Assembly: GCA_038087875.1 (NCBI GenBank)
Contig: CM075989.1
Span: 19,470,001 to 19,534,000 of the forward strand
Source of the DNA: Malacoraja senta
Lineage: Eukaryota
DNA: 64,000 bases
Direction of reading: 5' to 3'
In this document: positions 25,596-38,880 of the stretch, in pieces
Layout of the letters: each line of letters starts with the position of its first letter
Numbering within the stretch: the first letter of the stretch is position 1
Notes under the pieces: model-generated
What the model saw: only the letters and a program-made list of their open reading frames with translations
Told to the model about the DNA's origin: nothing
Databases searched by the model: none
Translations under genes and position numbers: made by a program

Positions 25596-26010
25596 TCATA
25601 AGTTCATGTCATAGGAGCAGAGTTAGCCCATTCGCGTCTACTCCACCCATAGGGTCTACTCCATCATTCAATCTCATGGCTGATCTATCTCTCCCTCTCA
25701 TCCCCATTCCCCTGCTCTCCACAGAACCCTTGACACCTTTACTAATCAAGAATCTATTAATCGTTGCCTTAAAGCTACCCAATGACATGGCCTCCACGCT
25801 GTTTGTGGCGATGAATTCCCCACATTCACCACCCTCTGACTAAATAAATTCCTTATCATCTCCTTTCTAATGGTACATCCTTTTTTTCTGAGGCTACGCC
25901 CTCTGGCCCTAGACTCACCCACTATTGGAAACATCGTCTCCACATTCACTCTATCCAGGACTTTCACTATTCGGTAAGTTTCAATGAGGTTCCCCCTCAT
26001 CCTTCTAGAC
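25596..26010 (-). mobile_element. CR1 LINE 3' fragment
   Basis: RMRGNLIETYRIVK..SRARG..FSQRVVN; another piece at 24770-24950. Confidence 0.85.
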
Positions 26011-26794
26011 TCTGCGGTGAGTGTCGTTGGAGCTGCACTCATCCAGGCAAGTGGTGAGTGTTCCAACGCACTCTTGAACTATGAGGACGGTGGAAAGGCT
26101 TTGGGGCATCAGGATTCGAGTCAATTGCTGTAGGATACCAGAATAAAAGCTGCTCTTGTAACCAAAGTACATCGGGGTCTGGTCCAGTTGAGATTGCAGA
26201 GCAGTGATGGTGAGCCCTCTATCATGATAATGGTTTGATGGTTCAATTCTTTTAGGAGGTGGTCATTGTTTGGCACATTCGTGATGCAAGTGTTGCACTT
26301 AACAGCCGTTGCCTGACCTGGCAACATGTTCAGCACAGGCACAGTGGGCCAAAGGGCCTGTTTCTGTGCTGTTCCTGTTGTATGGCAAAACACAATGCTG
26401 GAAGAAACATAGAAACATAGAAAATAGGTGCAGGAGTAGGCCATTCAGCCCTTTGAGACAGCATCGCCATGCAATATGATCATGGCTGATCATCCAAAAT
26501 CAGTACCCCGTTCTTGCTTTAGACAATAGACAATAGGCGCAGGAGTCTGGATGATCAGCCATGATCATATTGAATGGTGGTGCAGGCTCGAAGGGCCGAA
26601 GGGCCTACTCCTGCACCTATTTTCTATGTTTCTATGTTTCTAGGAGTAGGCCATTCGGTCCTTCGAGCCAGCACCGCCATTTAATGTGATCATGGTTCCC
26701 CATTTCTCCCCATATCCCTTGATTCCTTTAGCTCTAAGAGCTAAATCTAACTATCTGTCCAAGAACTCAGTGGGTCTGGCAGCACCTGGTTGGG

Positions 26795-26955
26795 ACCCTT
26801 CTTATCAGCTTGTCTCTTGTGCCACCAGAGGCCAGAACACCCTTGACCACTGCTACACATCAATGAAAAACGCCTACCGCACTATCCCTCAGCCATGGAT
26901 CGGAAAATCTGATCATCTAGCTGTACTTCTTCTCCCTGCCTACAAACAAAAACAA
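26795..26955 (+). mobile_element. Rex1/Babar-like APE endonuclease fragment
   Basis: QLVSCATRGQNTLDHCYT..GKSDHLAVLLLPAYKQK (SDH motif). Confidence 0.75.
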
Positions 26956-27909
26956 ACAGACCCCCCTGCTTCAGGAGCAACAGCAACCTGTATGTGATAT
27001 ATAAAGGAATAGTAGAGACTTTTGTTGATATAGAAAACAGAAAGCGACTCAGTGGGAATTGTAGAGAATTTCTCCAGAGATGCTGCCTGACCTGCTGAGT
27101 TACTCCAGCACTTTGTGCCTATCGTCAGTATAAATCAGCAGCTACAGTTCCCTTCTACACATATAATTAATTGTAAGTTATTCGTTTTTATCTTAGCTGT
27201 TTGGTGGTATTTCAAACCAATATGCTTTTGATGGCCACAATACAACGGAAGAAGGATCTCGACCCGAAACGTCACCCATTCCTTCTCTCCAGAGATGCTG
27301 CCTGGCCCGCTGAGTTACTCCAGCATTTTGTGTCAATCTTCGGTGTAAACCAGCATCTGCGGTTAGTTCCTACACAACACAACCTCTAACAGAAAGGGTT
27401 TGATCATTGTTCCCGTTAGACGCGGGTGGCAAAGCTCATTGTTGGTATATGGACTGGAAGGGTGTTTGGTCATCTTCTGAAGAGGAGTTTCTGGCCTTTA
27501 CTGCGGCTGCAGGGAGTCAATACGTGATCACACTCTTGTGGTCGAGCAAATTGATCGTGAGCTGACAGAACAGCTGAAGCTATCTATAATGACCACCTCT
27601 GGGACTGACGTCAGGAGGGTTTTATAGACAGGTGACTTTCGAACACACGTCCAAAATTGAATAATGAATATTCTGTTGAGAGTGCCACCATAGATTGTCG
27701 CCACAGACAGGAAGTCTCTCTGTACAAGCGCCCCAAAGGATGGATTCATTCCCTGTCTGTCACGCTGAGGTGATCAGTGTGTTTATTTTCATGCACTCCT
27801 TTTTAGTGTGTGTTTTTCAGAATGCCCAGTTCCATTAAGCAACAACTATTCATGGCCTTGAGTAACCACCCCTCGTCTCAATTAGAGAAGATCTCTTTTG
27901 AAGGTTTTA

Positions 27910-28238
27910 ATTCAGTTTAGTTCAGTTTAGTTTGGAGATACAGCATGGAAACAGGCACTAAGGCCCACCGAGTCCGCGCCGACCAGCGATCCCCGCACAC
28001 TAACATTATCCTAGGCACACTGAGGACAATTTACAATTATATCAAGCCAATTAGCCTACAAACCTGTATGCCATCAGAGAGTGGGGGGAAACCAGAGATC
28101 TCGGAAAAAACCCACGCAGGTCACAGGAAGAAAGTACAAACTCCGTACAGACAGCACCCGTAGTCGGGGTGGAACACGGGTCTCTGGCGCTGTAAGCGCG
28201 GTAAGGCAGCAACTCTACCGCTGCGGCACCATGTCGCC
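27910..28238 (-). mobile_element. HE1-like V-SINE, full length
   Basis: tRNA head, V-domain and tail in reverse complement. Confidence 0.88.
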
Positions 28239-28961
28239 CGTAAGTACAGCTTAATAGACTCAGTAAAGATATTAAACATGTGTAACATTTCACTGTGATT
28301 TGTCACGTGGGGCAATAAAGTATTCATTCATTCATCACTTTGTGTCTATCTTTGGTACAAGCCAGCATCTGCAGTTCATTTTTTATTGCAGAGAAAACGT
28401 CCGTAGTCTAACGATACCAGTGGCTATATCTCAGTTGGAATTACGTACACAATTCTCATCTGTTCGATTATGTAGATATGGCTGCTTTGAAGTGAGTTGA
28501 CAGGTTGGAGCTAGAAGAATCTTCCTGGTTTAGCTCGAAAGATTAGCAGCAGTATATAAAGCCATTGCAACAAAAAACTGAAATCAACTGTGCAGTCCAA
28601 GTATGGTATCAGAGCTCCAATCACACTGGTTATTTTTGCTTTGACAGCTACAGAATGCAGTGGGACGACTGTTATCTGCTTAGTGAAACATCTTATTCAA
28701 TGATCTATTTTATCTCTCTACAGCCACATCGAAGTTTAACAATGGAATGAATTAGTTCATATAACACTGCGATGCTATTGTTGGATGCTCACACAATGGG
28801 AAGATGAGGGTCACATTCAGTTGCTGGAAAGATGTCGTTGGTTGTTTATGCATGGGGTTTGTGTCACCTTCAAAACAAGGACTGTATGGGATCAAAATTA
28901 AATCACTCATGACCTCTTAGTCGGAGCAGCCCTTTGGAGGAGTTGTCTAAAGCAATGCCAA

Positions 28962-29312
28962 AGACAGGCATAAAAAGCTGGAGTAACTCAGTGGGTCAGG
29001 CAGCATCTCTGGAGAGAAGGAATAGGTGAGGTTTCGGGGTGAGACCCTTCTTTAGACTGAGAGTCAGGGGAAAGGGAAACGATAGATATAGAAGGTACAT
29101 AGGGCAAATATAAGTGAGAGAGGGTGTTACATAACTCTCGTCGGAGAGAGGAGGAGAACGTCTTCAAAGTAGGCTTACCTTGAGGAAATTTCACAGTGGA
29201 GCAGACAAAATGCGTGGGAGGGAACTGCAAAGTACTGGAATAACTCAGCGGGGTCAGTCAGCATCTCTGGAGAAAAGAACTGGGTGACGTTTCCGTTCGA
29301 GATCACGTTCTT
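28962..29312 (-). mobile_element. Penelope-like fragments (terminal repeats plus adjoining internal sequence)
   Basis: Two arm copies with degenerate hammerhead motifs. Confidence 0.65.
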
Positions 29313-29624
29313 GCTGCTATTTTACTGACGAGTTGTTGAGTTATTCACAACTTCCTGGCCACTATGCTTGTGATGGTGGAGTGGGCCGCTGGAGGCCCTG
29401 CAGCAGCCTGGGGCTGGATTGGAATGGACGCTGCTCCGAGAGGCCGAGCGTGCGGATCGGACATGGCCTGCAGCAGTACGGAGCGGTGGAGGACACCGAC
29501 AGCATCGCCAGACCGCCAGGACAACGGTCCTTTATTGCTGACCAGCAATGTATTTCCAAGCAAGGATAGCTGGCAGCTTTGCAGAGAAGCTACCAGAGGT
29601 GATATTCCCACAAAATGAACACTA

Positions 29625-30437
29625 AGAGTGGGCTGAAAGATGGCAGATGGAGTTTAATGCTGATAAATGTGAGGTGCTACATCTTGGCAGGACAAATCAA
29701 AATAGGACGTACATGGTAAACGGTAGCGAATTGAGGAATGCAGTTGAACAGAGGGATCTAGGAATAACTGTGCATAGTTCCCTGAAGGTGGAATCTCATG
29801 TAGATAGGGTGGTAAAGAAAGCTTTTGGTGTGCTGGCCTTTATAAATCAGAGCATTGAGTATAGAAGTTGGGATGTAATGTAAAAATGGAGTACAATTTT
29901 GGTCGCCTAATTATAGGAAGGATGTCAACAAAATAGAGAGAGTACAGAGGAGATTTACGAGAAAGTTGCCTGGGTTTCAGCAACTAAATTACAGAGAAAG
30001 GCTGAACAAGTTAGGTCTTTATTCTTTGGAGCGCAGAAGGTTAAGGGGAGACTTGATAGAGGTCTTTAAAATGATGAGAGGGATAGACAGAGTGGATGTG
30101 GATAAGCTTTTCCCATTGAGAGTAGGGAAGATTCAAACAAGAGGACATGACTTGAGAATTAAGGGACAGAAGTTTAGGGGTAACATTAGGAGGAACTTCT
30201 TTACTCAGAGAGTGGTAGCTGTGCGGAATGAGCTTCCAGTGGAAGTGGTGGAGGCAGGTTCGATTTTATCATTTAAAAATAGATTGAATGGGTATATGGA
30301 CGAGAAAGGAATGGAGGGTTATGGTCTGAGTGCAGGTAGATGGGACTAGGGGAGAAAAAGTGTTCGGCATGGACTTGAAGGGCCGAGATGGCTTGTTTCC
30401 ATGCTGTAATTGTTATATGGTTATATTTATATGGTTA
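29625..30437 (+). mobile_element. CR1 LINE 3' fragment, second subfamily
   Basis: WQMEFNADKCEVLHLG..QRDLG..RRRLRGDLIEVFK; (GTTATATG)n tail. Confidence 0.92.
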
Positions 30438-31269
30438 CTAAGGAATGGTTCGATGTGACATGTGTACTGTACAGTGAAATTCCTTTTTGTTCAGACACTT
30501 GTCCAGACTGGGAAATTTTATCTTGAATTTACGAGCAAGAAATACCACGGTAAAGCATATCTTTGATATACCGTGGTTAATCACATGAATGAGAGTAAAA
30601 GAAGGGAAAAGATTGAGAGGAAGAACAGGGAGAATAGCAGGAAGAAATATAAAAATACTTCACAAGAACGTGTGAGTTTGTAGGTTGTTTGGCCTGACCG
30701 GAAACATTGTCTGCCCATTCCCTTCAAAGATGTTGCCTGATCCGCTGAGTTCCACCAACACTTCTTGTTTTGTTCAAGAATGCCAGCATCTGCAGTCTCT
30801 TGTGTCTCCATGAATATATTTAATGCAGGGTTGAAGAATGTTCATATATATTATTTTTTGAGAACTAAGGCAAGAAACTCATTCCAAACCTTCAGATTCA
30901 GGGACAGTTTGTGCCCAGTTGTTATCAGGCAACTGAACCATCCTAGCACAAATAGAGAGCTGTACTGAACAAATATCTAACCCTCGGACTATCTTTCATT
31001 GGACTTCACTGGCTTTATCTTGAACTAAACGCTATTCCTTTATCGTGTATCTGTACACTGTGGACAGCTTGATTGTCATCATGTATTGTCTTTTCACCGT
31101 GTGGTCAGCAATCAACAAAAGCTTTTCACTGTACCTCGGTACATGTGACAATAAACTAAACTCAACTCAACACCAAACCCATGCCACAAGGATGAAATAC
31201 ACAGAGCCTAACCACACTCCCCAAGTCAAGGTACACCAAATTAATTGAATGTATATTTGAGGATGGTTT

Positions 31270-31928
31270 GATAGTCATAAAGTCATAAGGTCATAAGGAA
31301 TAGGAGTAGAATTATGGCATTTGGCCCGTCAAGTCTACTCCGCCATTCAATCATGGCTGATCTATCTCTCCCTCCCGACCCCATTCTCCTGCCTTTTCCC
31401 CATAACCTCGGACACCTGTACTAATCAAGAATCTATCTCTGCTTAAAAAATATCCACTGACGGCCTCCACAGCCTTCTGTGTAAAAGAATTCCACAGATT
31501 CACCACCCTCTGACTAAAGAAATTTCTCCTCATCTCCTTCCTTAAAGAACGTCCTTTAATTATGAGGCTATAGTCCTAGACTCTCTCACTAGTGGAAACA
31601 TCCTCTCCATATCCACTTTATGCAAGCCTTTCACTATTATGCATGTTTCAATGAGATCCTCCCTCATTCTTCTAAACTCCAGCGAGTACAGTCCCAGTGT
31701 TGTCAAACATTCATCATAGGTTAACCTACTCATTCCTGGGATCATTCTTGTAAACCTTCTCTGGAGCCTCTCCAGAGCCACCACATCCTTCCTCAGGTAT
31801 GGTGCCCAAAATTGCTCACAACATTCCAAATTACGCCTTATAGAGCCTCAACAATACATCCCTGTTTTTGTACACAAGCTCTCTTGAAATAAATACTAAC
31901 ATTGAGTTTGCTTTCTTTACTACCGATT
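31270..31928 (-). mobile_element. CR1 LINE 3' fragment
   Basis: QFWAPYLRKDVVALERLQRRFTRMIPG..FFSQRVVNLWNS. Confidence 0.92.
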
Positions 31929-32649
31929 AAAGAAGTAGTATTATCACTTTATGTTTTTCTCTTAAATTTGGCTCAGATTTAAATCATTTCAGCCACCAAC
32001 AGGTTTAGTGAGTTTGGTCTTTGTCCGAGGAATGCATTGTGCTTTGTTAGAATTACTGTCAGCTTATACACTATCATTCTATAAATTTCTACCACAGCAC
32101 GATTTGGTTCTTGACACATGTAATGAAGAAAAATCGCCTGGTCCCTTATCACACGTAAGTCCTTCCTTCAAAATCAAAAATATTATCAAAGTGAAACAGG
32201 AATTGCAGAGACCAAGATAAGCATTGTACATATCTTAAATCACACCTTGTATCCTTTGAACGAGTAGCCTTAAAATATGTAATTTCACTGGGATGGAGAT
32301 TTAATTAACTTCAAGTGTAAGAGAGCAAAATTTGAAATTAAAATTGTATCGTCACTGCAGCTATGAACGAGGAATTAATTAGATAGGAAGTACATGGGAC
32401 CTAGGGTGTGCATAGGATTTTAGTTTTGACCATTTATGGAAAGGCATATTATATACATTGCTATTTTGAGATGTTATAGACAGGTGTGGTATATGTGCAT
32501 TGATCATGCCAATAAAATCAATAGTTCCTCTAATACAGGAAAATGCATTCATGAGTTAAAATGAAAATATTATAAGTATGAAAAACATATCCTTGATTTG
32601 TAATTCGAAAGGGTTCTCCTATTTTTTAGTCTATTCTAGTGTAGAGAGT

Positions 32650-32894
32650 CTGCACCGACCAGCGATCCTTGCACATTAACACTATCCTACACTAGGGACA
32701 ATTTTACATTTACACCAAGCCAATTAACCTACAAACCTGTACGTCTTTGGAGTGTGGGAGGAAACCGTAGACCTGGGAGAAAACCCACGCAGGTGACGGG
32801 GAGACCGTACAAACTCCATACAGACAGCACCCGTGGTCAGGATCGAACCCGGGTTTCTGGCGCTGTGAGGCAGCAACTCTACCGCTGCTCCACA
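32650..32894 (-). mobile_element. HE1-like V-SINE
   Basis: Matches the other copies. Confidence 0.85.
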
Positions 32895-33092
32895 GCATTT
32901 GTTTGACTGACCAAAGCAATTCAATCATGTATTGCATGATATTTATGTGCTACGTGATTGAATTAAAGTATAAAATCAATTACAAAATACAATTGGGACT
33001 TCCTAGCTTTCATGGTGCACGTATGGGGTGGGAATTGCGTGCATCCATGCATTTGGCATGCTGGACATGCAATATCAATGCATTGCACTGCA

Positions 33093-33580
33093 CATAGACA
33101 CAACATGCTGGAGTAACACAACGGGACAAGCAGCATCTCTGGAGAGAAGGAATGGGTGACGTTTCGGGTCGAGACCCTTCTTCAGACTGAAAATTACGGC
33201 AAAGGGAAATGAGAGATATAGACGATGATGTAGAGAGATATAGAACAAATGAATGAAAGATATGCCAAAAAAAAAAACAATGATCAAGGAATCAGGCCAT
33301 TGTTAGCTGTAGCTAGGTGAGAACAAAAACCTGGTGTGACTTGTGTGGGGGAGGGATGGAGAGAGAGAGAATGCAGGGGTTTACTTGAAGTTAGAGAAAT
33401 CAATATTCATACCACTGGGCTGTAAGCTGCCCAAGCGAAATATGAGATGCTGTTCCTCCAATTTGCATTTCACCTCACTCTGACAATGGTGGAGGCCGAG
33501 GACAGTAAGGTCAGTGTGGGAATGGGAAGGGGAATTAAAATGTTTAGCAACCGGGAGATCAGGTAGGTCCAGGCAGACTG
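33093..33580 (-). mobile_element. Penelope-like element 3' end: GIY-YIG endonuclease C-terminus, 3' UTR and hammerhead-bearing terminal repeat
   Basis: DLPVAKHFNSPSHS..LEEQHLIFRLGSLQPSGMNIDF*; intact sense-strand core CTGAAGAAGGGTCTCGACCCGAAACGTC at 33185-33158. Confidence 0.88.
33158..33185 (-). ncRNA. Minimal hammerhead ribozyme motif, subfamily A representative
   Basis: CUGAAGA + A + stem II GGGU-CUCG-ACCC + GAAA-CG-UC; activity not shown. Confidence 0.65.
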
Positions 33581-34465
33581 CACTGTTGCTTTTGGAACTC
33601 CAAGGCAAATACTAGGCTACAAGACGGTGCAATCCTCAGCAGGGAAAGGAAGCTCTAATAGAAAAATGAGCCCTCGTTAAAAGGACAGACAGGCACATCC
33701 CCCCCCCCCCCCCCCCCCCCCAGTTGGGAATATCAAATACTAGAGGGATTTGGGGGGATTTAAGGAGAGAGGGAGAAAGATTAAAGGAGATTTGTGAGGC
33801 AATTTTTTTTTTACACAGGGAATAGTTGGTGCTTGAAAGAGAGATGAGGGAAGCAGAGACGATAACAACATTTAAGAGGTGTTTAGTTATGCACACGAAC
33901 AGGCAGGGGAGGAGGGATATTGACCATGTGCAGGCAGATGGAATTAGTTTCAATTGATCTTATGGTTTGCACAGATGTCATGGGCTGAAAGGCCTGTTCC
34001 AGTGCTGCACAGATCTGTGGAGACCTATGAAACTGCAGATAAAACATAGAACGTAGGTTTCAAGGTCAAGGTTTCAAGGTCAGTTTATTGTCACGTGTAC
34101 CATTTAAGGTACAATGAAATTCGAATTACCATACAGCCATATAAAAAAAAGCAACAAGACACACAACTGTCTTGAAAGTTAACATAAACATCCACCACAG
34201 CAGGATTCCCCACGTTCCTCACTGTGATGGAAGGCAAAGAGGTCTAATCTACATCCTCTTTATTCTCCCGCAATCGAGGCAGAACAGTACAGCACAGGAA
34301 CAGGCCCTTCGGCCAACGGTGTCTGTGCCGAACACAGACCGTTGCTGGAATCTTGAACAGGAAGCAAAGTGCTGGAGGAACTCAACGAATCAGGCGGCAT
34401 CTGTGAAAGGAATTGAAAAAAATGCGGTTTGGGATCGGGTCTGTAGAAGTGCCATACCCTTTCTT

Positions 34466-34740
34466 TAGTTTAGCTTAGCGTAATTTAGAGATGCAGCATG
34501 GAAACAGGCCCTTCGGCCCAATGAGTCTATACACAGGTACTACCTTACACACTAGGAACAATAGAGGCAATGGAACCCAATTAACCTACAAACCTGCACG
34601 TCTTTGGAATGTGGGTGGAGGCTGGAGCACCCGGAGAAAACCCGCGCGGTCACAGGGAGAACATACAAACTCTGTACAGACAGCACCTGCAGTCAGGATT
34701 GAACCCAGGTCTCTGGCGCTGTAAGGCAGCAACTCTACCG
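34466..34740 (-). mobile_element. HE1-like V-SINE
   Basis: Matches the other copies. Confidence 0.82.
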
Positions 34741-35716
34741 AGGGTGTAATGTGCACTATGAAATACCGTGGAAGGGATCTGTGGGAATTGAGTCCATTGA
34801 CTCAATTTGCCCTGAAGTTCCAGATTTCCCCATCATTTCTAGGTTTCCTTGTGAGGCTAATTTGATTCATTCCATGTAACAATTGAGGGCCATGAATCTT
34901 CACAATGGTCTACCTTTGACCTGTCAACTACAGGACAAACATGGTCAGTAGGGTGACAAGTCAAACCCTCCATCTTCAGCCCAAAGACTGCTGAAGTTCA
35001 AAGAACACCCACCATGAACTCACTAGGGCGAGACGTCCAAGAAGGCGATGGCTGGAGGCCCTGCAGCAGCCTGGGGCTTGCCTGGATCGGGCACCGCTCA
35101 TAAGACCTAGAGCACGAACTTGACTTTGAAAGTGGCCCCAATACCTGGTGCCTCAGGCATGCGGTCTCAGTGACTAGATCCGTACACTTTGCTAATCGGA
35201 GATTGTGCTTAGGTACGGCAATACTCTACTGAACTGTATGTAAAAAAAAGACTGCACAAAGTTTGCACATGTCACGATGAAGGCACCATTGACCATTGAC
35301 CAAACATTTGCCTTGTCAGCTTCCTCATATCTTGCAACAAAAATCCATAGTATATTTTGAACAACCTACCAAACAATGAATCCTGTATCAAAGCTTTTGG
35401 CTGGTGGAGAGGAATCACCTATTGATTATAGAGATGGTTTGACCATAATTTAATTTTAATTTTTGTAATCCTTAGTACTTAAAGGAACACAATGAGGCTT
35501 GGTTTAATTTGAATGGAATAGCAAATGTATCTTTTCATAAGGCTTATGTTATTCTGAAATGTAATTGTTTTTAAGTAATCAGATTGCAGTTTGAGCATGC
35601 TCTTGTTCCATTGATCCTTAGTACCTGCAGTTAACTGTTCTCGCTAATCCGTCGTATGAAGTATTTATACTTTGCGAAGAGTTGGTACGATGCCAGTTGT
35701 AACTCCCAGCACTTGA

Positions 35717-36025
35717 GGGGGCACGGTGGCACAGTGGTAGAGTTGCAGCCTTACAACGCCAGAGACCCGGGGTTCGATCCTGACTACGGGCGCTGTCTGT
35801 GCGGAGTTTGTACGTCCTCCTTGTGACCTGCGTGTGTTTTCTCCCGGATCTCCGGTTTCCTCCCGCACTCCAAAGACGTGCAGGTTTGTAGGTTAATTGA
35901 CTTGGTATCATTGTAAATTGCCCCTAGTGTGTGTAGATAGTGTTAGTGTGCGGGGATCGTTGGTCGGCGTGGACTCCGGTGGGTCGAAGGGCCTGTTTCT
36001 GCGCTGTATCTCCAAACTAAACTAA
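35717..36025 (+). mobile_element. HE1-like V-SINE, full length
   Basis: A and B boxes, V-domain, (AAACT) tail. Confidence 0.9.
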
Positions 36026-36191
36026 AGAAGCTTCATCTTATTGGAATCCACTCACCTCCCTTCCCCATGCTTCCATCCCCGTCCCAGTGCGCACCCATTT
36101 CTCCCACTCCCCCCCCCTTCTCCCCACTCCCTCCACCGTCTCCTTCCCCTTCCACCCTACCTTTGCCAGTAAATGTCACTCCTCTCTGCTG

Positions 36192-36540
36192 GTACGATAC
36201 AATACGATACGATAGAACTTTATTTATCCCAGGATGGAAATTGTCTGGCAACCGTCATAACAGCACAACAAGATACATGAAACATGAAATAAAAGTGACG
36301 AGTGGAAAGGATTGTGGATGTGCGAAGATTGGGGAGGGAGAGGGAGGGGAGTCAGTCTCAGTCTACCCCACGACAGAAGGGGGAGGAGTTGTACAGTTTG
36401 ATAGCCACAGGGAAGAAGGATTTCCTGTGGCGTTCTATGCTGCATCTTTTTGGTGGAACCAGTCTATTGCTGAAAGTACTCCTCAAGTTGACCAGTGTGT
36501 CATGGAGGGGGTGAGCTGTATTGTCCAAGATGCTCTGCAG
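36192..36540 (-). mobile_element. Rex1/Babar-like LINE 3' end with (ATCGT)n tail
   Basis: SILDNTAHPLHDTLVNLRSTFSNRLVPP..HRKSFFPVAIKLYN; oppositely oriented sister copy at about 40975-41292. Confidence 0.7.
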
Positions 36541-37694
36541 TCCACTGCCTCACAGTGCCAGAGACATTGATTTAACGGTTCTCCCAGTGACTGCGTGAAA
36601 TGCTTCCCGGTGCTCCAGTTTCCTCCCACATCCCAAAAACGTGAGAGTTTGTAGGTTCTGTCAATTGTCCCCAGTGTGTGGGGAGTGGATGAAAAAGCAG
36701 GAAAATATAGAACTAGTGTGAACAGGTGGCAGGCAGTGGACTCGATGGGCCGAATGGCCTGCTTCTATGCCTTATCTCGAAACTAAAATAAACGATTGTA
36801 CTTGAGTTTGGCTTGATTATATTTATGTACACTATTAACCTCATTTAATTGGAAAGCATCCCAACAAAGCTTTCCACTGTACCTCGGTACACATGACCAT
36901 AATAAACCGAAACAGATTTGTATTAACCTTAAGACAAAAGGAACTGCAGATGCTGGTTTACAAAAAAAGACACAAAGTGCGGGAGTAGCTCAGTGGATCA
37001 GGCAGCCTCTCCGGAAAACATGGATAGCTTCAGTGAAATGTACTATTGTAGCAATTAGTTTAGTTTGGAGATCGAAACAGCATTGAAACAGGCACTTTGA
37101 CCAAGCAAGTCTGTGCAGGCCAACAATCAGATAGATCAGGCATGCTTGAATGGTGGAGTGGACTTGATGGGCCAAATGGCCTGATTGTGCTGCTATAACT
37201 TATGAACACCCATACACCAGCTCTCTCCTGCACACTAGGGACGATTTACAGAAGCCAATTAACCTGACTTTGAGTCCTGAAAAGCGCTATATAAATAAAA
37301 TCTATTATTATTATTATTACAAACCTGCACGTCTTTGGAATGTCACAGGGAGAACGTACAAACTACATACAGACAACACCCATAGTTAGGATTGATCCCA
37401 GGTCTCTGGCACTGTAAAATAGTAAGTCTACCACTTTGTCACTGTGCACTCTTGTGGTTGTGTATAGTAAGATTTTCCTGATTTGTTAGCAAAACAAAGA
37501 TTGTCACTGTATCTAGGTACATGTGAATATAAAGTACCATTGAACCATGGAGGCTGAAGAAAGGTCCTGCCCCGAAATGCCACCTATTCATGTTCTCCAG
37601 AGATGTTGCCTGACTCGCTGAGTTACTCCAGCACTCAGTGTCCTTGTTTGAAACTGGTGGACGCACTTCTGTCTCAGAAAATCCCAGGGACACA

Positions 37695-38012
37695 CCCTCT
37701 TTAGTCAGAGAGTGGTGAATCTGTGTAATTCTTTGCCACAGAAGGCTGTGGAGGCCAAGTCAACGGATATTTTTAAGGCAGAGATAGATAAATTCTTGAT
37801 TAGTACGGGTGTCAGGGGTTATGGAGAGGAGGCAGGAGAATGGGGTTAGGAGGGAGAGTTAGATCAGCCATGATTCAATGGCGGAGTAGTCTGAAGAAGG
37901 ATTTCGACCCGAAGCGTTGCCTATTTCCTTCGTTCCATAGATGCTGCCTCATCCGCTGAGTTTAGATGGGCCGAATGACCTAATCCTGCTCCTATCACTT
38001 ATGACCTTGTGA
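37695..38012 (+). mobile_element. CR1 3' end with a nested Penelope-like arm (37890-37962)
   Basis: SQRVVNL.NSLPQ motif; hammerhead-type arm interrupts the 3' UTR. Confidence 0.8.
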
Positions 38013-38062
38013 CCCTGCACGCCAAGAGATTGAAATGTCTTCACTGATCTGTGATAGTGCGA

Positions 38063-38255
38063 AGGGAATGGATGGAGTTGCATTTATATAGCGCCTTTGA
38101 TGTCCTCGGCGATACAGTGTTGCAGCCAATGAAGGACTTTTTGAAGTGAATTCAATGTTGCTGTGTAAGAAAAGTGACAGGCCATTTACACACAGCAAGG
38201 CCCCGGCGTGATAATCACCAGATAATCTGTTTTACTGATGTTGATTGAGAGATCC
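38063..38255 (-). mobile_element. Ancient Deu-domain SINE (SacSINE1/AmnSINE1-like) relic
   Basis: gcatttatatagcgcc tail and cagcaag..accagataatctgtttta.tgatgttg.ttgag motif; another possible relic at about 47848-47920. Confidence 0.6.
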
Positions 38256-38584
38256 TGTCAAGTTCAGAGCTGCTGGGAGCCACTAAAGAAGGCCAAGTAA
38301 AAACAAGGTGCAACTACAATATGGAGATTATACAGAGGATGAGTTGATCTGGGATTAATAAAAATTATGAAGCAATAAAAAACAATGTGCTGGATCAGAC
38401 ACCGTGGCTCATCAAGAATGTTACCGAGCAGAATTAGTGTACTTCTGCAAGCCGAGAGCAGCATAATACTTTGTCATTTAAATCGGATATAATTTAAAGG
38501 TAAGATTATCCAATGCAGCTAATCAATAACTTTGCAGTTTTCTGTTTTGTGCCATGAATGCCCAACTCAACACCTATGATATTC

Positions 38585-38800
38585 ATGTGGAGGAAGGAAC
38601 TACAGATGCTGGTTAACACCGAAGATAGGCGGAAAATGCTGGGGTAACTCAGCGGGTCAGGCAGCATCTCCGGAGAAAAGGAATAGGTGATGTTTTGGGT
38701 CGAGACCCTTCTTCAGACTCGGGCCTCGACCAGAAACATCACCTATTCCTTTTCTCCAGAGATGCTGCCTGACCCGCTGAGTTACCCCAGCATTTTGCGT
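38585..38800. mobile_element. Fold-back Penelope-like element
   Basis: Arms share private variants (ggggtaactc / gagttacccc); ctatgata repeat on both flanks. Confidence 0.8.
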
Positions 38801-38880
38801 TAAATTCTATGATACTTGGTAGAGTCACAGAGTCATAGAGTCATCCAGCATGGAAAAAGGTTGAGGAGAGACTTGGTAGA

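Noticed and set aside
29130..29230. Possible Penelope intron donor (AAG|GTAAGC, minus strand)
   Set aside because: Single degraded copy with no identifiable acceptor
30545..30576. Small hairpin ccacggta..taccgtgg
   Set aside because: 8-bp stem, compatible with chance
35717..35790. tRNA gene
   Set aside because: tRNA-like head of a SINE continuing into a V-domain; the same applies to other copies and to 54552
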